From Methanomassiliicoccales archaeon (lineage in GTDB: Archaea; Thermoplasmatota; Thermoplasmata; Methanomassiliicoccales; UBA472): DNA of 64,000 bases. The stretch is taken from contig DASXVU010000038.1 in the NCBI GenBank assembly GCA_036504055.1, positions 92 through 64,091 of the forward strand, given 5' to 3'. Under the pieces are notes generated by a model. That model did not search any database, was not told where the DNA came from, and saw nothing but the letters and a program-made list of their open reading frames with translations. Positions 28,648 to 38,175 of this stretch are shown here, piece after piece (within the stretch, counting starts at the first letter, position 1; every line of letters begins with the position of its first letter). The translations under genes and the position numbers were made by a program.

Positions 28648-30597
28648 TCACATTCTTAATTTCGGTTTTGCCGTTGCGGTCGCCCTGACATCGACCCAAT
28701 TGACGAACTTGCTTTCCTGTCCATATCCGTCGGAGAACCGTTTCTCGAAGGTCTCCACCCTTACCCTGACGTCCTCGACCGACGGGGTGCTGATCTTCTC
28801 CTTCACATAGTGCTCTGCGGACGCCCGTGCGGAATTCAGCGCTTCCCCCAGGTGGGAATACTGCATGGGGGAGGATAGCGGTGCGAACACCAGGTACTTG
28901 TCGTCCCGGAGGAACACCTGGACCGTCACCGATTCCGTCACCAGGCTGCACACCGCTCCGACCGCGTTGCCCACCTCATGACCCTCCGGGATGATCACCG
29001 TGCAGTCCATCCGTTCTTCTAAAGGCTTGATGAACTGTGAAGCGGGCGCCCCTATCCCGACGATGGTTCGGTCCGGTCTTGCCCTGAACGCGATCCCTCC
29101 CAGGTTCCCATGACCGGCCGAGGACCGGAGCAACATGCCGAAGCCCTTGCCTTTCGGGATCTCTCCGCCCTCGTCGATCAGGCCCTTCTTGATGATCTCC
29201 TCGCCAACACGGGTCACCACGAGGTCCAGCAGGAGCGGTGCCAGCTCCTCCGGCGTCATGAACATCCGTCCGGCCATCTGGACGACGCCGGCCCGGGAGG
29301 CTTGCGCATCTCCCACCTGATACCTGCCGGCGAAGTGCAGCAGGTCGGTCGGCGTCAGACCCGTCCTGATCACCAGCCCCCGCGCCCGAAGGGCATCCAG
29401 TACATACTCGACCACCGGGATGTCCGGACAGCCCTTCATTGCCTCGTATAGCGTGCAAGGCGCGTTACCCATTACAAACTCCAGCGTTTGTCTTTCCTTC
29501 GGGGAGAGGGCCTCCGGCAACGTCGAGGTGTTCGGGAGGTACAGGTTCAGCTCGTTTTCCTGGACGACCTTCACCGACAGCAAGGGGTACATGACCGATG
29601 CCAGGGCCAGCGGAACGACCCGCTCCGGTCCGATGGTGACATCGCCGCGGTTATCCGCGAGTATCACCGAATCCCCACCCAGGCCGCAGGTCCATATGTC
29701 TATGCCTTTGACCCTGGTGCGGTAGTTCCCTACGACGGCACCCTCGTTATTGAGACGGGGAAAGCCCTCATCCAACACCGCGATGTCGGTGGAGGTCCCG
29801 CCCATGTCCACCACCATGCAATTGGACACGTTGGCCAGGGCCTTTCCGCCCATGAGGCTGGCTGCGGGACCGGACAGCACCATCTCGACCGGCCTCTCCC
29901 TGGCATTCTCCATGCCCATGAGCCCGCCGTCCCCTTTGAAAACAAAGATCCGGGCATCGATCCTGCGGGATCTGATGGACATTTCCATGGAATCAAGGAA
30001 TCCGTTTATGACCGGTAGCAGTTTCGCGTTCAAGATGGCCGTGACCGACCTTTCATGAATGCCCAGGTCCATAGTCAGGGACTGGCCCATTATGACCGGC
30101 AGCCCGGTCTTACGCAGGACCTCATCCCGGGCGGCCATCTCCTGCATTCCATTGCAGACGCTAAAGAGTCCGGAGACGACGATGGCATCCACTCCCTCGC
30201 TGACCTCATCTATGGCAAGGCCCAGCTCTCCCATGTCCATGGCCTCGGCGATCCTGCCGATGGAGTCCGCGCCCCCTTTAATGAAACGCGAATGTTTGCA
30301 GCCGAGATTCCATTCCGGCTCTGGCTTCCAACCGATCCCGATCAGACCGACCTCGCCTCCCTTCCCCTGAAGCAAAGAGTTCGTGGCCAGGGTGGTGGAG
30401 AGGCCGATCATCTTGATGTCGTCGATGGCTATACCGGGTGATGCAATGACCCGGTCCATGGCTGCCAAGATGCCGATCGACAGGTTCTCATAGCTTGTCG
30501 GGGCCTTCGCCTGGGCAACTATCTTCATGGTGTCCAGGTCGACGGCCGCCGCATCGGTGAACGTACCGCCAGTATCGATGCCAAGTCCCAGGTTCAT
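28648..30597 (-). CDS. hydantoinase/oxoprolinase (HyuA-like, ASKHA-fold) family protein
   Basis: N-terminal GIDTGGTFTDAA phosphate-1 motif, a second DMGGTSTDIA motif, and 649 aa, which is typical of Hydantoinase_A family proteins. Confidence 0.85.
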   Translation of the reverse strand: MNLGLGIDTGGTFTDAAAVDLDTMKIVAQAKAPTSYENLSIGILAAMDRVIASPGIAIDDIKMIGLSTTLATNSLLQGKGGEVGLIGIGWKPEPEWNLGCKHSRFIKGGADSIGRIAEAMDMGELGLAIDEVSEGVDAIVVSGLFSVCNGMQEMAARDEVLRKTGLPVIMGQSLTMDLGIHERSVTAILNAKLLPVINGFLDSMEMSIRSRRIDARIFVFKGDGGLMGMENARERPVEMVLSGPAASLMGGKALANVSNCMVVDMGGTSTDIAVLDEGFPRLNNEGAVVGNYRTRVKGIDIWTCGLGGDSVILADNRGDVTIGPERVVPLALASVMYPLLSVKVVQENELNLYLPNTSTLPEALSPKERQTLEFVMGNAPCTLYEAMKGCPDIPVVEYVLDALRARGLVIRTGLTPTDLLHFAGRYQVGDAQASRAGVVQMAGRMFMTPEELAPLLLDLVVTRVGEEIIKKGLIDEGGEIPKGKGFGMLLRSSAGHGNLGGIAFRARPDRTIVGIGAPASQFIKPLEERMDCTVIIPEGHEVGNAVGAVCSLVTESVTVQVFLRDDKYLVFAPLSSPMQYSHLGEALNSARASAEHYVKEKISTPSVEDVRVRVETFEKRFSDGYGQESKFVNWVDVRATATAKPKLRM

Positions 30598-30707
30598 TTC
30601 ACCACCTCGGTGGAATCGGCATCGAGCTATATAGTGTTTAGAAAGGGGTCAGGAAGGCGAGGAGATATGATCGCCTTCCTATCGGATCCCAAGAAAAGGG
30701 TTTCGGA

Positions 30708-31388
30708 TCAAAGCTTGGTCCCGCAGTTAGAGCAGAACGCCAGCCCGGCGGTGGGATTTCCGCAGGAGTGGCAAAAGCTGAAGCCGTTCGCTGCCTGGTC
30801 GGGTCCTTTATCGGCTATGGCATTAGGCGGTATGGGATAGGCTGGCGGTGATGATGAGGCGTTCTCCTCCAGGCCGGCTGGCACATGGACTTTGATGGGA
30901 TGGGTCGGTACGGTTCCGTTTATCGAGACCAACGCACCTCCTAACTTAGGGACCAGGGCGATCTCTGCGGTCGATCCTTCCAGTAACCCGTAGTCCGTTC
31001 CCTTTCCGACGCTTATGGTGAGCGGCCCCACCATAACGGCCGCGGCATTCGCCCTCACTGTGCTCATATAAGCCCTCCCCTGGACGACCGTGACCTCTCC
31101 CGATCTTTTGACCTCGGAGATCTTTCGGCGAAGACGGAACATGTATCCAGAGTATCCGAAGGCTCCCAGCCCGATCAGGAAGATCATTATCGTTATCATT
31201 CCCTCTGAGGTTGAGATGTCCAACGACCCGTAACCGTTGACGATCCCGATGGCCGCGAAGATCAGTGCCATGAACCCGAATGGCCGCGCCTGCTTCTGGG
31301 CGTTCCTGTAGATCTTTTCAACGCTTTCGTATTCAAGGCTGGTCATGCCTCTCCGGAACGCCCGATAATCGGTGGGTTGGCCGTCCAT
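30708..31388 (-). CDS. two-TM membrane protein with a C-terminal zinc ribbon
   Basis: Helices FGFMALIFAAIGIVNGY and MITIMIFLIGLGAFGYSGYMF. C-terminal CHSCG...CSNCG. The ATG at 31388 overlaps the upstream stop (TGATG). Confidence 0.7.
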   Translation of the reverse strand: MDGQPTDYRAFRRGMTSLEYESVEKIYRNAQKQARPFGFMALIFAAIGIVNGYGSLDISTSEGMITIMIFLIGLGAFGYSGYMFRLRRKISEVKRSGEVTVVQGRAYMSTVRANAAAVMVGPLTISVGKGTDYGLLEGSTAEIALVPKLGGALVSINGTVPTHPIKVHVPAGLEENASSSPPAYPIPPNAIADKGPDQAANGFSFCHSCGNPTAGLAFCSNCGTKL

Positions 31389-32350
31389 CACTTACGCCCC
31401 CATGGGAAACCCGATCCCCTTCCCTGTTCGGCGCATCTCGGACAGAACCAAGCTCCGGGATCCTCCGAATTCAGGTAATTGGCGTTGCACATCGTGCCAT
31501 GGAACGGGCAGACTGGTCCATGCTGTTGGGACTGCCAGTATCTTGGTCTCACCGGAACGCCGTTGACATAGTCCTGCGGGTATTGAAGGCCCGCTCCGCC
31601 CTGATATGTAGGGTCGTTAGGCGCGCCAGAATCCCCGCCGGTGATGCCCACTTCACTCGGCTGATAGCTGTAAGCGATGCCGTTGTAGGAAGACCCTCCG
31701 GGCACCTTGCCCTTGGGAAGGGGCACGAACGAAGCCGCCAGGCACATTCCGCCCCCTACGATGGCTATCATCGACGGAACGGCCACCGAACCGTTTCCCA
31801 GGTTCAATCCCATAGCGCCGTCTCCAGAGACCAGATCGAAAGTGTAGTGGTAGGTTATTCCGGCGACGACATATGTTCCGCTGCCGGTCAACGTATTCCC
31901 GCTCTGATAGAGGGTCCATGTGATCGTGAAGGCCGGGGAGGTCCAGGGCACCCCGCCACTCGTACCCGACGATGCAGGTGTGTAACGTATTAGAGTCAGA
32001 GTAGAACCGGACAACGTTCCGGTCACAGTGTTGGTTTCCTTCGAACCGATTGCTGGCTTTTGCGTGCCCAAGGAAGTCGAATGAGCATATGAATAGGAAC
32101 AGGTGGTCGTGATGGTCCCGCTCACCGTGTTCCCGCTTTGGGACAGGACCAACTTGACATCGGAGTTCGTGTCAATGGCGTTGCTGGTCTGGACGTATCC
32201 TTTCCCGGCAACATTGGAGGTCCAGGTCCCGGAAAGGCTGGCAGCCTCGACGTTTGCCGTGGTAAGGCTCATCAAGACGATCAAGGCAGGGATCATAAAT
32301 AGGTTGGCGATAAGTATCCTGGTGCCGATGCGTTTGATGCTGGGTCGCAT
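31388..32350 (-). CDS. type-I membrane protein: signal peptide, Ser/Thr/Gly-rich beta-rich ectodomain, TM, cytoplasmic Pro/Gly/Tyr-rich linker and zinc ribbon
   Basis: Signal LIANLFMIPALIVLMSLTTANVEA, TM VPSMIAIVGGGMCLAASFV, and C-terminal CPFHGTMC...CPRC. Confidence 0.7.
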   Translation of the reverse strand: MRPSIKRIGTRILIANLFMIPALIVLMSLTTANVEAASLSGTWTSNVAGKGYVQTSNAIDTNSDVKLVLSQSGNTVSGTITTTCSYSYAHSTSLGTQKPAIGSKETNTVTGTLSGSTLTLIRYTPASSGTSGGVPWTSPAFTITWTLYQSGNTLTGSGTYVVAGITYHYTFDLVSGDGAMGLNLGNGSVAVPSMIAIVGGGMCLAASFVPLPKGKVPGGSSYNGIAYSYQPSEVGITGGDSGAPNDPTYQGGAGLQYPQDYVNGVPVRPRYWQSQQHGPVCPFHGTMCNANYLNSEDPGAWFCPRCAEQGRGSGFPWGRK

Positions 32351-32512
32351 GTTATCGTTTTGGATTGTTCTTCTTCCGTCTTATACCTGATTGGCTGAGT
32401 CTCATCTTTCGTTCCAATGTCCGATTGGACGATGTTTCGTTCTTCGGGACATTGGTAGCCTCTACACCCGGCCGATGGCAAAGGGGATGAACTCCGACAT
32501 GCCTAAAGGTCG

Positions 32513-33562
32513 ATGGGTGCGATGATGAGGTCCGAGCTGAACGAAAGAGCACGCCTGTTGCGGGCCCTCGATATGGATCCCATGGACCGGATCCCCTGCG
32601 TCAGCCCGCTCCAGACCGGTACCGTTGAGCTGATGGAGCAGAGCGGATGCTTTTGGCCGGAGGCCTTTCGGGACCCCCGGAAGATGTATTGCCTGAGCCG
32701 GGCGGCCCACGACATCGCCGGATTGGAGGGGGTGCGGGTACCATTCGATGTGACCGTAGAGGCCAGCGTACTCGGTGCCGAGACCGGTCGGGAGGCGGTC
32801 GACCGTCAACCCTCCATCCGCACCGTGGCTTTGAACGATCTTGAAGACCTGGAATTATTGGAGATCGTGGAGCCCGCCTCCGGTAAGGCCACGAAGGCGG
32901 TCCTGTCGGCGGTGGACCAGCTCTCCTCTAGGATGGAGGGTGTCCCGGTGATCTGCGGCATCGTGGCACCGTTCATGCTGGCCTGCCAACTGCTAAGCGT
33001 CGAGCAGACCTTGATGAACCTAGTTAGGGACCCCGCCTTCGTCCGCATGCTGGTGAGGAAAGCGGAACGGTTCGACCAGATGTACGTAGTATCGGCCATA
33101 GAAGCCGGCGCGGATGTCATAACCATGAACGATGCTGCCGCCAGCGGCGACATCCTGAGCGCTCAGCAATATGAGGAGCACGCCCTTCCTTCGGAGACTG
33201 GCATGGCCCTAAGGGCCCGATTCGGAGGTGCCCGTTCCGTGTTGCACATCTGCGGCCATACGGACCACCTGCTCCCGTCGATAAAAGGGTCGGGGGCCAC
33301 GGCCTTGAGCGTGGACCAGTGCATGGACCTGGTGAAGGTAAAGGAGGCATTGGAGGGGAGGATGGCGCTGATCGGTAACGTGAGTCCTACCGAAGCTCTG
33401 CTTTTTGGGACCCCGGAAACCGTAGAGAACGAATCGATAGTGTGTTGTCGGGCCGGGGTGGACGTGCTGTCGCCCGGATGTGGTCTAGCTCCGAGGACGC
33501 CGACCCGAAATATCAGGGCAATGGTGGGAACGGCAAAACAGAGCCCCTGTGAACGGGGATAG
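32513..33562 (+). CDS. methylcobamide:CoM methyltransferase (MtaA/MtbA type, uroporphyrinogen-decarboxylase fold)
   Basis: N-terminal LNERARLLRALDMDPMDRIPCVSPLQTGTVELM, zinc-ligand contexts HICGHT and LSPGCGLAP, and 349 aa. I cannot tell from sequence alone which MT2 paralogue it is. Confidence 0.8.
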   Translation: MGAMMRSELNERARLLRALDMDPMDRIPCVSPLQTGTVELMEQSGCFWPEAFRDPRKMYCLSRAAHDIAGLEGVRVPFDVTVEASVLGAETGREAVDRQPSIRTVALNDLEDLELLEIVEPASGKATKAVLSAVDQLSSRMEGVPVICGIVAPFMLACQLLSVEQTLMNLVRDPAFVRMLVRKAERFDQMYVVSAIEAGADVITMNDAAASGDILSAQQYEEHALPSETGMALRARFGGARSVLHICGHTDHLLPSIKGSGATALSVDQCMDLVKVKEALEGRMALIGNVSPTEALLFGTPETVENESIVCCRAGVDVLSPGCGLAPRTPTRNIRAMVGTAKQSPCERG

Positions 33563-33796
33563 GTCAGAGTAGAATTACAGGCACCCACAAGGCTTACAGT
33601 CAAACCTTCCCCAGAAAATTCATCGATCTTCGATATCTCCATCTGCTCCAACAGAGCTGGGCAGATCACACCTACCGAAAAAATGGTCCCACCGGACAAA
33701 GAACGATCGATATTTAATTATCAAGGGGATTAACAATGGCTAAGCGGTGCAACCCTTATTACTTTAGTCGCTTTACCGTTACAGATAGAGGGGAAG

Positions 33797-34909
33797 ATGA
33801 CCAAGATCCTGTATATGATCGCCTGCCTCAGGACCGGGGGGTCGGAGGCATACCTGCTCAATCTTGTCAAGAGCATAAACAAGGAGCACTACCAAGTCAC
33901 CGTTTGGTGCGAAGGGGAATGGGGTCCAGCAGGGGACGAGCTGAGGAAGGCCGGAGCCACCGTGATCCAGCGCCGGCTACGTCCGCGGCCGGGCGAAGTC
34001 CTGGGGGCGATACGTTTCCTCCGCAGAGAACGGTTCGACCTGGTCCATTCGTTGAAGTACGGACCCACCTACATTGACCCGCTGGTCGTCAAGCTTTGCC
34101 GGATCAAGGTTTTCATCGGGTCACGCAGGAACCTTCCCCATTGGGTGAATTCGACGCAGTACCTGACCGCAGACAAGATCCGGAACAGGCTGACGGACTA
34201 TATCATAGCCAACTCCGAGGCGGTCAAGGACCTCACCGTAAGTGTGGAAAGATTCCCGGCGAACAAGATAACGGTCATCTACAACGGCGTCGATCTGAAG
34301 CAAATCGATTCGGTGACGATCGAATCGGGTCAAGACTACCGGAAGCTCATCGGCATTCCAACAGAGGCCGTCGTGATCGGCAACGTGGCCGATTTCCGCG
34401 ATACCAAAGGGCAATCCTATCTTATTCAGGCCTTCGCAGACCTCGTTCGAAGGACGGACAAGAACGTCTACCTGGTCATCCAGGGTGAGGGGCCGGAAGA
34501 ACCCAACCTCCGCGCATTGGTGAAGGAATTGGGCCTAGAGGAACATGTGAGGATAAACACGACAAAGCAGAAGCGGCTAGAGGTCATCCGGTCATTCCAG
34601 GTCTTTGTCATGCCCTCGCTCTCAGAGAGGTTCCCCAACGCTCTCGTCGAGACGATGGCTTTATCCCTGCCCTGCGTCGGCACCGATGTCGGCGGCATCC
34701 CGGAAGTGATCGTCAATAACGTCACCGGCATCATTGTCCCGGCGAAATCCGTCGAGCCGCTTGCGGATGCTATCCTGCGGATAATCGAAGATCCGGCCCT
34801 GGCCAAGGATTTCGGGGTCAAAGGGAGGGAGCAGGTCGAGAAGAAGTTCACCGCCGAGCAGATGGGGCCGGCTCACGAATCGGTCTATGAGGAACTCTTG
34901 AAGAAGTGA
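33797..34909 (+). CDS. GT4-family glycosyltransferase
   Basis: GT-B architecture with the C-terminal E-x7-E region PSLSERFPNALVETMALSLPCVGTDVGGIPEVI. Confidence 0.9.
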   Translation: MTKILYMIACLRTGGSEAYLLNLVKSINKEHYQVTVWCEGEWGPAGDELRKAGATVIQRRLRPRPGEVLGAIRFLRRERFDLVHSLKYGPTYIDPLVVKLCRIKVFIGSRRNLPHWVNSTQYLTADKIRNRLTDYIIANSEAVKDLTVSVERFPANKITVIYNGVDLKQIDSVTIESGQDYRKLIGIPTEAVVIGNVADFRDTKGQSYLIQAFADLVRRTDKNVYLVIQGEGPEEPNLRALVKELGLEEHVRINTTKQKRLEVIRSFQVFVMPSLSERFPNALVETMALSLPCVGTDVGGIPEVIVNNVTGIIVPAKSVEPLADAILRIIEDPALAKDFGVKGREQVEKKFTAEQMGPAHESVYEELLKK

Positions 34910-35105
34910 TCGCTCACCGTGTCGGGACTGTCCCGGGTCCTTCCGTTCAAAAAGGATAGCTGGTCGAGGGGTATGCATGCTGCCTGCCATTCTGGATCAA
35001 GGATCCGGTCCTGAGGAAAACAAAAATGGATTTTTTCATAGTTAATGTTTTAATGCCATAGCTGATTCAGATATATCGGTCGCGGTTATAAAACGGTGCC
35101 AACCC

Positions 35106-38048
35106 ATGATCAGGACGATCTACATCGACGACGAGCCTTTGCTGCTTGAGCTCGCCAAGGACTTTATCGAGGACGGCGTCGAATTCACCATGGACACGAC
35201 CACGTCCGTGGACGAGGCGATCCGAAAGGTCATGGAAGGGGACTATGATGCCGTTATATGTGATTACCAGATGCCGGCGATGAACGGTGTCGAGTTCCTC
35301 AAGGCGCTCCGCTCGAAAGGGGACGTGACCCCGTTCGTGCTCTTCACCGGCCGCGGCCGTGAGGAGGTCGTCATCGATGCGCTCAACAACGGCGTGGATT
35401 TCTACCTGAAGAAGGGAGGGGAGCCCTCATCCCAGTTCGCGGAACTGAAGAACCTTTTGATCCAAATGTCCAGGCGCCGGCAGGCCGAGGACGCCATGAC
35501 CCACAATGCAAGGCGTTTCCGGGCGATGATCGAGAACTCCATGGATATCATCGGGGTCATGGACCGGAACAGCACGCTTAGGTACGTTTCGCCATCCATC
35601 TCCAAGATATTGGGCTACTCGGTGGACGAGGTCATCGGGACCAACCTCCAGACCTATTCGCATCCGGACCTGGTGGAGAACCTGGCCAAGATCATCCAGA
35701 CCATAAAGATGGGACGGACAGAGCGTTACGAGATATCGCTCCGCCATAAGAATGGGACCTATCGGCTGATCGAGGCTTCCATCGCCGTCATGCCCACCGA
35801 ACTGGGTCCGAACCAGATAGTGGTGAACGGCCGTGACATCACCGAACGCCGGAAGAAGGAGGACGAGCTCCGGCATTCGGAGGAGATGGTGCGCTACATC
35901 GTCGGCCATGCCCCCAATTCCATGGCCATCCAGGATATGGATCTGCGCTATCTGATGGTCTCCGACCAGTATCTGTCCGACTTCGATCTGTACAACCGGG
36001 AGGTCATCGGGAGAAGGCCGGTGGAGGTCTTCAGCCGCCTCCCCGACGAATGGAAGGAGATATGCGACAAGTCACTATCCGGCAAGATCATGAAGGGTGA
36101 GCTGGATTTCCCCCTGGAGAACCGGATGGAGCACATCTTCTATGATGTGCGTCCCTGGCACGACGTGACCGGTGAAGTGGGCGGCCTGGTCACCTACATA
36201 GGACCGAAAATGGGCAGCCAGGCCATCAAGGAAGAGTTCGCCCGCTCCGAACAGAGATACCGATTGCTGGCCGACAACGCGAAGGACGTCCTATGGACCA
36301 TGGACGCTGAAGGCCGGTTCACCTACGTCTCGCCGTCGGTGCAGCAGCTCCGCGGATACACCGCGGAAGAGGTCATGGCCCAAGGTCTTGACCAAGCGCT
36401 CACCCCCGAATCATCGAGACTCGTGAAGCAGTTCCTCAATGAGGGACTGGAAGCGCTCAAGCGCACCGGTCGTTTCCCTGAGGGCACCAGGGAGGTGGAG
36501 CAGCCGAGGAAGGACGGCACCACGGTGTGGACGGAAGTGAGGGTGGGAGGGCTGTATGATCCGGAGGGAAGGTTCGTTTCCATACTCGGCGTCAGCCGCG
36601 ATATCACCGACCGCCGCAATGCCGAGCTGGGTTGGCGTGAATCCGAGGAACGTTTCCGGGCGATGTTCGACAACTCACAGCTAGGGACCTTCATCATCGA
36701 TCTGGACGGCAGGTTCCAGGAATCCAACCAGCTCTTCAGCGACATGCTGAGCCATGAGATGGCAGAATTGATGAAATTGAGCATGGCCGATGTGACCCAG
36801 CCGCCCATGGAAGTCAAACGCACGGCATCGGTGCGACGATTGCTGGAACAGAACTTGGACAGCACGGACATCGAGACGGATTTCAGGCGCAGGGACGGAA
36901 GGGTGTGGAGCGCCACGATATCCCTTTCAGTGTTGAAGGACCGGAACGGGGTCAAGAGCCACCTCATAGGGATGGTGCACAATGTCATCCCCCAGAAGGA
37001 GTCCGAGGAGGGTCTGGCGGAGTCGGAGCGGCGTTTCCGCACGCTGTTCCAGAACACCCAGCTGGCGATCACCATCGCCGACCTGAACGGTTCGATCATC
37101 GAGACCAACGATCAGTTCGCTAAGATGATGGGTTACTTCCCGGAGGAGCTCAAGGGTCTTAACGTCTACGACCTGCAAACGCCCCGCATCCGGGCCGAGG
37201 AGTCGGAGCTGGTCAGCTCGCTCCTCAACCATCAGGTGGACAAGGCCAACGTGGACCGGCACTGGGTCCGCAAGGACGGAAGCATGTGGTGGGGGCACGT
37301 GGTGGGATCGCTCCTCTATGATGACCAGGGTATCCCGAAGCACATATTGGCGGTCATCGTGGACATCACCGAACGCAAGAACTCGGAGATGAAGATGGCC
37401 ATCGCCAACCGCAAGCTTACCCTGCTGGGGGACCTGACCCGTCACGATGTCAAGAACAGGATATCGGCGATGGCCGGGTTCATGCAGCTGGCGAACCTCA
37501 AGGAGACCGACCCACAGATCAAGACCTATCTATCCAAGGCATCCCAGCTGGCGATAGACATCTCCGCCCAGATGGACTTCAGCAAGGAATACCAGGGGTT
37601 GGGCGCTCAGGAGGCGACCTGGATATCGCTGACGAAGGAATGCTTCTCGGCCCGTTCCGACATGGACCTGGGCAACATCACGCTGGAGTGCGGGCTGCAC
37701 GGAGTGGAGATATTCGCGGACCCGATGGTCCCCAAGGGTTTCCGCAACATCATAGAGAACTCGTGCGAGCACGGTCAGCATGTCACCAAGATCACCGTCG
37801 GCTACCGGGAGGTCGAGTGGGGACTGGAGATCATCTTCGAGGATAACGGGGTAGGGATAGCCGATTCCGACAAACAGATGATCTTCGAATGGGGGTACAA
37901 GAACCGGATGGGCCATGGCCTGCATTTCGTGGCAGAGCTGCTGGCAATAACCGGCATGTCCATCAAGGAGACGGGGGAGTTCGGGAAAGGGGCCCGGTTC
38001 GAGGTCTTCGTGCCATGCGGTGCCTATCGTATCACTGGGGACCGCTAA
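35106..38048 (+). CDS. hybrid sensor kinase: N-terminal receiver, five PAS domains, HisKA-like H-box, HATPase_c
   Basis: Receiver (YIDDEP...DAVICDYQMPAMNG...LKKGG). Five PAS units, each ending in a DIT(E/D)R(K/R)-type motif (fourth unit divergent, VHNVIPQKESEE). H-box LTRHDVKNRISA. ATPase N/G boxes (IENSCEHG, DNGVGI, GHGLHF). Confidence 0.9.
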   Translation: MIRTIYIDDEPLLLELAKDFIEDGVEFTMDTTTSVDEAIRKVMEGDYDAVICDYQMPAMNGVEFLKALRSKGDVTPFVLFTGRGREEVVIDALNNGVDFYLKKGGEPSSQFAELKNLLIQMSRRRQAEDAMTHNARRFRAMIENSMDIIGVMDRNSTLRYVSPSISKILGYSVDEVIGTNLQTYSHPDLVENLAKIIQTIKMGRTERYEISLRHKNGTYRLIEASIAVMPTELGPNQIVVNGRDITERRKKEDELRHSEEMVRYIVGHAPNSMAIQDMDLRYLMVSDQYLSDFDLYNREVIGRRPVEVFSRLPDEWKEICDKSLSGKIMKGELDFPLENRMEHIFYDVRPWHDVTGEVGGLVTYIGPKMGSQAIKEEFARSEQRYRLLADNAKDVLWTMDAEGRFTYVSPSVQQLRGYTAEEVMAQGLDQALTPESSRLVKQFLNEGLEALKRTGRFPEGTREVEQPRKDGTTVWTEVRVGGLYDPEGRFVSILGVSRDITDRRNAELGWRESEERFRAMFDNSQLGTFIIDLDGRFQESNQLFSDMLSHEMAELMKLSMADVTQPPMEVKRTASVRRLLEQNLDSTDIETDFRRRDGRVWSATISLSVLKDRNGVKSHLIGMVHNVIPQKESEEGLAESERRFRTLFQNTQLAITIADLNGSIIETNDQFAKMMGYFPEELKGLNVYDLQTPRIRAEESELVSSLLNHQVDKANVDRHWVRKDGSMWWGHVVGSLLYDDQGIPKHILAVIVDITERKNSEMKMAIANRKLTLLGDLTRHDVKNRISAMAGFMQLANLKETDPQIKTYLSKASQLAIDISAQMDFSKEYQGLGAQEATWISLTKECFSARSDMDLGNITLECGLHGVEIFADPMVPKGFRNIIENSCEHGQHVTKITVGYREVEWGLEIIFEDNGVGIADSDKQMIFEWGYKNRMGHGLHFVAELLAITGMSIKETGEFGKGARFEVFVPCGAYRITGDR

Positions 38049-38175
38049 CTGTAATAGGCCGTCCTTCGCTCGACAAACGTGATGGATTTCGCTATCCCAG
38101 CGGAGAAGCGGCACAAGGTTGTTGCCGTGGGTCGTGAGCATTAATATCCCGATTACCTATTGCCTTTCGTATGGC

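Noticed and set aside
28562-28951. N-terminal 130-aa extension of the ATPase ORF (the track gives 26144..28951)
   Set aside because: The extension overlaps the 3' end of the hydantoinase gene in another frame and is Gly/Arg/Pro-rich low-complexity sequence. The recognisable AAA_16 N-terminus (FVGRRREL) starts right after ATG 28561.
33163-33699. 178-aa minus-strand ORF overlapping the 3' half of the MtaA-like gene
   Set aside because: It is antisense to a gene with clear family motifs and has no features of its own.
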